Below are positions 48,050 to 53,902 of a stretch of 53,902 nucleotides of DNA, piece after piece (within the stretch, counting starts at the first letter, position 1; each line of letters opens with the position of its first letter). The notes under the pieces are model-generated. The model was given only the letters and a program-made list of their open reading frames with translations, did no database searches and was not told the origin of the DNA. The translations under genes and the position numbers were made by a program. Location: the NCBI GenBank assembly GCA_033762915.1, contig JANRLD010000011.1, forward strand, positions 1 through 53,902, given 5' to 3'. This stretch comes from Meiothermus sp. (GTDB lineage: Bacteria > Deinococcota > Deinococci > Deinococcales > Thermaceae).

Positions 48050-49198
48050 TCATTGTTCGATGTGCAGAATCAATTCGCCTACGGTCTCCCGCTCCCACGC
48101 AACGTAGTCGCTTGGTGAATCGATGAACTTTTGCCAAGCTGTCTGCACCACTCGTGATGGCGTGGTCGGCGGAGCACCTTCTTCTGCTTTGGCAGGGGCA
48201 TGGGGACTGGCCTCGGTCAGCATGTCATCCAAGGTCTGCATCACCAACGGCACGAAGCTGTCCTCGAAGTAGCCGTGGTAATTCTCCTCGAGACCCTTGG
48301 TCTCGGCCAGCGCGGCCCAGGTCTGGTAGATGCGCTCAGCGGATTCAACACTTCCATCCTGCCGCAAACGCTCGGTCAGCAGACGAATGCGAATCCTGCT
48401 CACTGGATGCGAACTGCCGCCAAGCCGGTTTGGGGGCATATAAAACATGTCGTCGCCCTTCATCAGCAGAAAACTCGAGAACGCCCCCACGAAGGCCACC
48501 CCGCCGATGGCATAGCCCACCGCGTCGCAGAAGAACTCCTCCATCCAGTCGAACCAGGTCTCCACCACCCGCCGCCGATCCTCGGTCTTGGCCTGGTCGT
48601 AGTCGTCGCCCCGGCTCAGGGCGGGCTCGAGTAAAGTGGTCAGTTTGTTCTGTAGCTCCACCACCAAGTCGTGCAGCTCTTGCTGATGCCGCAGGTGCAA
48701 TAAGTGGCCGAATTCGTGGAACAGCAGCGGAAGGTAGAGCAGGCCCTGCTGGGATGAAGTGGGGACATAGTAAATGGGCGCGTGGTCGAGGAAGTAGTAG
48801 ATGCTGAACGAACCGTCGCCGAGCGCAACCACGGTGTCGTTGGTGCTGGGGTGGGCGGCGTGCAGCCACCGCAGCACCCACAGGCATAGACGATCCCGCT
48901 CGCTGGCCCTGAACAGCGGGGTGACGACGATTTGGTTGAGGCTCTGGAACTGGCGCGTGAGCCGCTGGGTCTCGCTCAACAGCTCTGGCAGGAGTTCGGT
49001 GTGGTCCGAATGTAGGTACTCAACAATCAATGCAACTTGGGTCTTGATCTCGCTGGAATAGGTGACACACAGCTCAAAATAGGGCAACACCTCGGCCGGC
49101 AGGGTCGGCCTCAGCCCGTCGAGAAGCCCCTCGAGGCGTTCACACTCGTTCAGCAGGTTGGTGTTGCAGGACACTAGGGCGGTGCTGAGCGGCTCCAC
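48050..49198 (-). CDS. HExxH zinc-metallopeptidase-like protein
   Basis: LFHEFGHLLH, WMEEFFCDAVG, SSHP..R gluzincin-like motifs; GTG start 1 nt after the upstream stop. Confidence 0.7.
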   Translation of the reverse strand: MEPLSTALVSCNTNLLNECERLEGLLDGLRPTLPAEVLPYFELCVTYSSEIKTQVALIVEYLHSDHTELLPELLSETQRLTRQFQSLNQIVVTPLFRASERDRLCLWVLRWLHAAHPSTNDTVVALGDGSFSIYYFLDHAPIYYVPTSSQQGLLYLPLLFHEFGHLLHLRHQQELHDLVVELQNKLTTLLEPALSRGDDYDQAKTEDRRRVVETWFDWMEEFFCDAVGYAIGGVAFVGAFSSFLLMKGDDMFYMPPNRLGGSSHPVSRIRIRLLTERLRQDGSVESAERIYQTWAALAETKGLEENYHGYFEDSFVPLVMQTLDDMLTEASPHAPAKAEEGAPPTTPSRVVQTAWQKFIDSPSDYVAWERETVGELILHIEQ

Positions 49199-49199
49199 G

Positions 49200-49628
49200 C
49201 TATAGCTCTCCCAGCACTTGCAAGGCATCCTCTTGGATGTGGCGTTCGATGATCCGGCGCAGTTGTGACAGCCCGTCGATGATCGTGGGGAACTGGTCGG
49301 GCGCAAAGCGCCTGAGGGCATCGGCCAGCGGGGCCGCCTTGAATGGCTCCGGGACGACTGTCCCCTGCTGTGAGGTGCTCAGGCTGATGGCGAGGTCGCG
49401 CAGCCTCGAGTCGGCCCCCAAGATGGCCCGCTCGGCCTTTGAGGCCCGCACCATCGTGTCGAGCTGGCCGAGGAACTCCGCGATCTCCACGCGCGTCTTT
49501 GTCACTTGGGGTTCAACCTCGGGCAGTTGGGTGCGGTTTAGTTTGAGGTTAATCAGCAACGAGTTGACGGCCTCCAATACATCTTGTCCCTGCTGGAAAC
49601 TCTGATAGGCCAGCCATTTCTCTTGCAT
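49200..49628 (-). CDS. Small alpha-helical hypothetical protein
   Basis: AAAGGAGG RBS; lies between pAgo and the HExxH gene, to which it is tightly coupled. Confidence 0.72.
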   Translation of the reverse strand: MQEKWLAYQSFQQGQDVLEAVNSLLINLKLNRTQLPEVEPQVTKTRVEIAEFLGQLDTMVRASKAERAILGADSRLRDLAISLSTSQQGTVVPEPFKAAPLADALRRFAPDQFPTIIDGLSQLRRIIERHIQEDALQVLGEL

Positions 49629-49670
49629 AGTTTGCCTCCTTTCAGGCGTTGTGAATCAAAGCGGGTTTGG

Positions 49671-51905
49671 TTATTTGTGCCGGCGGATCTCCTGCTGGGA
49701 GCGCTGAAGCAGCGCCTCGTCTGCGGCCTTGAGGTGCGGCGGGTGGCGCTGTACCGTGCGGGTGTTGTTCCAGTTGAGGTAGGTCAGGGCACTGAGGTCA
49801 TGCACCACCTTCGACATGTCCACCTGTCCGTGTGCGCTCAACAACAGCGGGCTGGCCGTGCCCTGGCGAATGGTCGGTGCGCCGGTGGTGACCAGGATGG
49901 CGGTCTGCGCGTCCAGGTAGAGCGCGATGCCCTCGGGGGCGTGGCGGTGCTGGCCGTCCAAGACATCCCAGACCCAGATGCTGCTCGCTGTGTGCTTGCG
50001 GTAGTCCACCACGTCGGCCGTGGCCCCCGAGGATAGGATGTCCATCCCGCTCAGTTCACCTCGGGCTTCCTCGATGCCCTCCAACTCGAGGCCGCACTCG
50101 CGTCCGTCGCGGATCACCAGCAGCGAGTTCAGCGGCACGCTCAGCCCCTGGGTGACCCGTTTGAAGAGTTTGACCATCTCGTCTCGCAGGACGATGGGGT
50201 GGATGGTCTCCTTGTTGGGGTCGGCCTTAATGTAGGTCTCGGTGCGGAAGCGGAAGGGCCGCCCGACCTGGGCCAGCAGCAGCGAGAGCGAGAAATGCCG
50301 ACCGTCGCGCCCCACATCAATGGCCAGGTGTCCGTCGTAGTTGAGGGCGGTAGCAAGGCTCCAAGGAACACAGTCCATCTGTTGCAGCACGTCTAGGGCG
50401 GTGAGGCTCACGAAGGGCTTCCAGCCGTCGTGCTCTTTCTCAAACACGGTCGAGCTGAGTGCCCGTTTGACCCGCCAGCCGCTGAGTTCCCGCGCCACGT
50501 CGTAGTAGTCTACGGGCTCCTGATCCTTGAGGACGAACAGCACGGTGCCCCGCCTGGCCTTGCCCTTGAGCTGGGTCACCGCGTTGGCGACGTTGGTGTA
50601 CTGCACGAGTTGCGGGCTGACCCTCCGTCCGACCCAAGGATTGATCTGGTCGGTCACGTCCATCGCCAGTTTTCTGGCCAGCTTTTCGGGTAGGCCACTG
50701 GGAGCTGCCACGTACAGGGTCTGATCGAGGTCGCCGGGTACCACATAGCAGCCGTGGCGGTTGAGCAGATCCAGTCGCTGAGTGTAGTAGTGGCTGTAAG
50801 CCTGGAGGTCGGCTACGGGCGGGGCAGCAAGAATGGTGTTGCCTCCGAACGCCAGTGCAGGCGGGCGGAGTATTTCATACTGCTTGGCGTGGGGCTGCCA
50901 GCGCCGCCCCACCTCGGGCACGCCCGGTGCCAGTCTATGTGTCCCGACCAGATGCCAAAAGCGCTCCTCGGCCTGGACACGCTCGGTGGGGGAGAGCTTG
51001 TCCAGGCGGTTCAGCCCCGGCGGTAGGCTATCGGTTGCCACCCTGAGGCGCAGGAGTTTGGCAGCGACGGGAACCGGATGCTTCAGGCCGTAGAAGCTAA
51101 CCATCGCCACCCGGTCTTCGGGGCGGATACCCAGGTCTGGGCTGCGCCTGGCGTAGTAGGTGTAGAGGGAATCGTACCGCTCGCCCTCTACTACCAGCGG
51201 GGGCATGTCGCCACAGGTGTAGTGCGGCGGGTAGCTGTCAAAATAAGCTTTTCTGAAGCCCCGACCCGAGTTGTAGACCAGGGTGCCCTTCTGGCCGACC
51301 TGGCGCAGGGAGAGCTGGTCAAAGCGCTGCCGTCGCGCTGCTGCCTCGGCTGCGTCCAGGTCGGGAGCGAAGAAATCGGCCACGGTCTGTTCGGTCAGGA
51401 ACATCGTTGCCGGCTCGACGTTGATTACCAGCCCGGTGCCCTCGACGGCCTCGACCCCCAGGCGGTAGCGGCGGTAGGCAGCGATTCCGTTGCGCCGCTC
51501 GAAGGGGGTTTTCTCCTCGAAAATCCTGGGGCTGTCGAGCCACCAGAGTTCGTCGCAGCCGTTGGCCAAGATCAGCAGGGCGCGTTCGACCAGTTGGGTC
51601 ATCATGGCCCGCTGGGCCGGGTCGGCGAATTCCAGCCGCAGCTCCCCCACGTCGGCCAGGTTGCACGTCCAGTCCTGACCGGTGAGGCTCAGGGGGTTGA
51701 GGGGACGGCTCGAGAGCACCAGCAGCCCCGGCTCCCCGCTGGGGGCCGCAAATGGAACCGCTGCCAGATGGTGGCGGCGCTGGAGCTGCTGGCAAGCCTT
51801 TTGCATGATCTCGGGGATCGGGTTCAGCACCCGCACGGCCACCCGGCGGGCGGTCAGGTACGGGCATGGGCCGGTCTTGAGGGGGCGGGCGGAGGTCTCG
51901 ATCAT
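49671..51905 (-). CDS. ago: Long prokaryotic Argonaute (PIWI domain protein), putatively catalytically active
   Basis: 744 aa; PIWI motifs HLAIDVG, KETI, LVIRDG, DYRK, TTG..QGTASPL, LTYLNW, PPHLKAADE; PAZ-like SLYTYY region; GGAG RBS before the ATG at 51905. Confidence 0.83.
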   Translation of the reverse strand: MIETSARPLKTGPCPYLTARRVAVRVLNPIPEIMQKACQQLQRRHHLAAVPFAAPSGEPGLLVLSSRPLNPLSLTGQDWTCNLADVGELRLEFADPAQRAMMTQLVERALLILANGCDELWWLDSPRIFEEKTPFERRNGIAAYRRYRLGVEAVEGTGLVINVEPATMFLTEQTVADFFAPDLDAAEAAARRQRFDQLSLRQVGQKGTLVYNSGRGFRKAYFDSYPPHYTCGDMPPLVVEGERYDSLYTYYARRSPDLGIRPEDRVAMVSFYGLKHPVPVAAKLLRLRVATDSLPPGLNRLDKLSPTERVQAEERFWHLVGTHRLAPGVPEVGRRWQPHAKQYEILRPPALAFGGNTILAAPPVADLQAYSHYYTQRLDLLNRHGCYVVPGDLDQTLYVAAPSGLPEKLARKLAMDVTDQINPWVGRRVSPQLVQYTNVANAVTQLKGKARRGTVLFVLKDQEPVDYYDVARELSGWRVKRALSSTVFEKEHDGWKPFVSLTALDVLQQMDCVPWSLATALNYDGHLAIDVGRDGRHFSLSLLLAQVGRPFRFRTETYIKADPNKETIHPIVLRDEMVKLFKRVTQGLSVPLNSLLVIRDGRECGLELEGIEEARGELSGMDILSSGATADVVDYRKHTASSIWVWDVLDGQHRHAPEGIALYLDAQTAILVTTGAPTIRQGTASPLLLSAHGQVDMSKVVHDLSALTYLNWNNTRTVQRHPPHLKAADEALLQRSQQEIRRHK

Positions 51906-51975
51906 CGGTGTTTCTCCAGTGTTTCTCCGTGGCGGTGCAGCGGCTGTGGCAAGGCAGGGGAGAGGTGGGGCCGGG

Positions 51976-52980
51976 TCATTGCTGAGGGCAGATTTTCTGG
52001 AAGGCGCAGGAGGCACAAATCTTGGGTTCGGCCCGTGGGGTGAACACCTCTGCCTGGCTCCTGAGCCCATAGCGATGGAGCGCATCCATCCGCTCGAGGT
52101 CTTGCTGAACCCTGGCGCGGGCGCGGCGCAACTGCTGAAGGTCTACGGCCTGCTCGACCACCACGCCCTCGGACAGGTGCACCCGGCTGGCGCGGATCTG
52201 CGTCGGCTCGAGGCCCAGCTTCTCTGCGGCTAGGTATGCATAGACCAGCAGTTGAAGGTCTTCTTCAGCCCCGCCGACGCTGCCGATCTTCCAGTCCGCG
52301 AGGTTGAACTGATCCCCGTCCCAGAAAGCGAAGTCGAGTTTGCCGCTGAGGCTGGCCCCTTGGAGGTCGATCCGCATCCGGGCCTCGATCAGGCTGTCGG
52401 GGCCGACAGCCTGGAGATAGCGCGCAAACCGGGGGTCGGTGAAGAAGGCAGTAAGGCTGCGCTCGAGGCGCTCGAGCTGGGTGTTGGCTTTGGCCGCTGC
52501 GTCGGGGTGTCCGTAGACGAACTCGACAAAGCGTGGCCCCGCGTTTGTGCCGTTCTCGTCGGCGGGGCTGTCGTCCTCGTCTCCATCGGGTGAGTCCTCA
52601 ATGGCACTGGACCCCTTGACGGGTTCCAATCGGGCCGATGCGGTGGCGGCCGCAACGTCGCTGAGGTAGCGTTCGCGCACCCAGGTAAGGGTCGAGTCTA
52701 GGCTGACGGGTCGGCCATCGCGGCGGCTCTCGAGGGTTCGCCGCAGGGCCAGGTGCAGGAGTTCGCCAGCCCGCAGCACCAAGCCGGTGATGCCCTTCAA
52801 CTGGCGCAGGGTCGGCTTGTCGGGGTCGCCGAGTGCGTGGCGCGAATGGCTGCCGTAATAGGTGTAGTAGTAGCGGCGAAGGCACTGCTCGAAGGCCTCA
52901 CGGCGCGACTTCGACCAGATCAGCTCAGGAACCTTGGTCGCGTTGGCGGCCTCGAGGTCAAATAGCGGGGTCTGTTGCAC
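51976..52980 (-). CDS. Cas4/AddB-like PD-(D/E)XK nuclease with Fe-S cluster motif
   Basis: WSKS..F.QC.R.YYY, G..LH, E..GKLD..DWK.G, QL.VYA, C-terminal CASCAFQKIC. Confidence 0.87.
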   Translation of the reverse strand: MQQTPLFDLEAANATKVPELIWSKSRREAFEQCLRRYYYTYYGSHSRHALGDPDKPTLRQLKGITGLVLRAGELLHLALRRTLESRRDGRPVSLDSTLTWVRERYLSDVAAATASARLEPVKGSSAIEDSPDGDEDDSPADENGTNAGPRFVEFVYGHPDAAAKANTQLERLERSLTAFFTDPRFARYLQAVGPDSLIEARMRIDLQGASLSGKLDFAFWDGDQFNLADWKIGSVGGAEEDLQLLVYAYLAAEKLGLEPTQIRASRVHLSEGVVVEQAVDLQQLRRARARVQQDLERMDALHRYGLRSQAEVFTPRAEPKICASCAFQKICPQQ

Positions 52981-52983
52981 GGC

Positions 52984-53331
52984 TCACCTGCCCTTGAGTT
53001 CCTTGACCCGCCGCGTGAGCTGATGCCATTCGTCCTCGCTCAGGCTCATGGCCCGCAGATTCTGCATAAAGTGCTGCGCGGCGGGACTCGAGGCGATGAT
53101 CTCGGCCACGTCCGAGGGCACCTTGCCGGCTAGAGCCAGCAGCTCGTCGCCGCTGACCCCCAGCGCCCCGCAGATTTTCTCCACGGTGTCGGCGGCCGGC
53201 GGGGGCAAGCGGTTGTTCTCGAGTTTGCTGATGTAGGAGAAATCCACCCCGACCCGATCTGCAAGCTCCCGCTGGCTGATGTTCTTGGCCCGCCGCAGGT
53301 CGCGCAACCGAGTTCCGAAAGCTTCTTCCAT
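52984..53331 (-). CDS. XRE/Cro-family HTH transcriptional regulator
   Basis: FGTRLRDLRRAKNISQRELADRVGVDFSYISKLEN. Confidence 0.92.
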   Translation of the reverse strand: MEEAFGTRLRDLRRAKNISQRELADRVGVDFSYISKLENNRLPPPAADTVEKICGALGVSGDELLALAGKVPSDVAEIIASSPAAQHFMQNLRAMSLSEDEWHQLTRRVKELKGR

Positions 53332-53337
53332 GACTCG

Positions 53338-53414
53338 AGGGTAGCAAATGTTGAGTTGTTAGTCAACTCCAGTAATTTCCAATATGTTCACGAAGTGTTA
53401 TTCGTGAACATATT
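53338..53414 (-). promoter_or_regulatory. Leaderless sigmaA promoter of the XRE-nuclease-pAgo operon with two palindromic operators
   Basis: TTGACT (53361-53366)-17 nt-TACCCT (53338-53343)-6 nt-ATG; GAGTTG-N5-CAACTC over the -35; perfect 14-bp inverted repeat AATATGTTCACGAA-N6-TTCGTGAACATATT (53381-53414). Confidence 0.72.
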
Positions 53415-53902
53415 ATATATTCAAGTCTTAACTTGATTTTTTTGCCCCACGCGATTTTTCCCGACCCGTGAAACGTTGGTTTTGCAAGCAAATAAACCGA
53501 AAAAGTCGGTCGGGGTGGGTTTTGGACTTGCATCAAGTTGATCCGGCGCTTCCGTGAAACCTTCACAAAACTTTGGCCTATCTGTGACCGCGGCCTGAAT
53601 CCAGCAGTCGCTGCCGGGGGTTTCCCAGCACGACCTCGAACAAATGTGATCTTTCAACCGCTGTTATCCAAGGGATGACGAAATGCGCGAGGCCACCCTC
53701 GAGGTCTTGCATCTTACATTTGAGTCTGCATGAAATTTGTCAATGCACAGTCTTTCCACTAATGCCTATTTCAAACCAATCGAGCCAGGTTTTTCGGCGT
53801 AAGCCGAGGTCGGATTTCAGCGAAGCCGAGCCAGGGGTGAGGTCTGGACGGAGCGCAGCGACGCGAGTGAGCTGATTATGCCTTATGGGGGTCTTGGGAT
53901 GC

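Noticed and set aside
49671..51905. Classification as pPIWI-RE or short pAgo
   Set aside because: Full length with N/PAZ-like region, classical RDG and LNW motifs and a DEDD-like tetrad; no DinG helicase or APAZ-domain partner adjacent
7790..52085. Longest-ORF start codons for several genes (7921, 8833, 19391, 26460, 30444, 34673, 39578, 49321, 52085)
   Set aside because: The extensions overlap neighbours or operators; downstream starts have an RBS or leaderless -10 and fit the domain boundaries
51976..52980. Cas4-like gene as a sign of a CRISPR-Cas locus
   Set aside because: No cas1/cas2 or other cas genes and no repeat-spacer array seen in the window
32..53875. Numerous long overlapping or antisense ORFs in the six-frame track (e.g. 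14008-15291 +, 30152-31192 +, 32719-33732 +, 38920-39813 -, 51078-52043 +)
   Set aside because: Shadow ORFs expected in high-GC DNA; they overlap well-supported genes and show no recognisable motifs

Overview
GC-rich bacterial DNA, probably Deinococcota (Meiothermus/Calidithermus-like). This assignment is inferred from frequent CTCGAG sites, leaderless -10/ATG promoters and gene content. The window has two parts. (1) About 1-34.6 kb is a copper/metal-stress island, mostly on the minus strand. It encodes a CopA P1B-ATPase, HMA, YHS, cupredoxin, sulfocyanin, DUF305 and DUF2933 proteins, CcdA-like and DoxX proteins, a MacB-type ABC transporter, Rieske and cytochrome b, a molybdopterin oxidoreductase, an archaeal-type GAPDH and a frameshifted GH57. 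Two recurring operator motifs tie it together: a CsoR-type C/G-tract palindrome (4 copies plus a weaker fifth) and an OmpR-type direct repeat at a fixed distance from the -10 box (5 copies). (2) About 34.9-53.4 kb is a defence island. It holds a PadR pair, a complete Detocs-like three-gene system (kinase-like sensor, REC, REC-PNP), a REase-NACHT-repeat (Avs/NLR-like) protein, a MITE-like remnant and a tyrosine recombinase. It ends in a five-gene operon: XRE regulator, Fe-S Cas4-like PD-(D/E)XK nuclease, long prokaryotic Argonaute (apparently intact DEDD tetrad, non-canonical MID pocket), small helical protein and HExxH metallopeptidase-like protein. This Argonaute operon is the best candidate for an undescribed system. 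All calls come from motif recognition by eye; no database searches were run.
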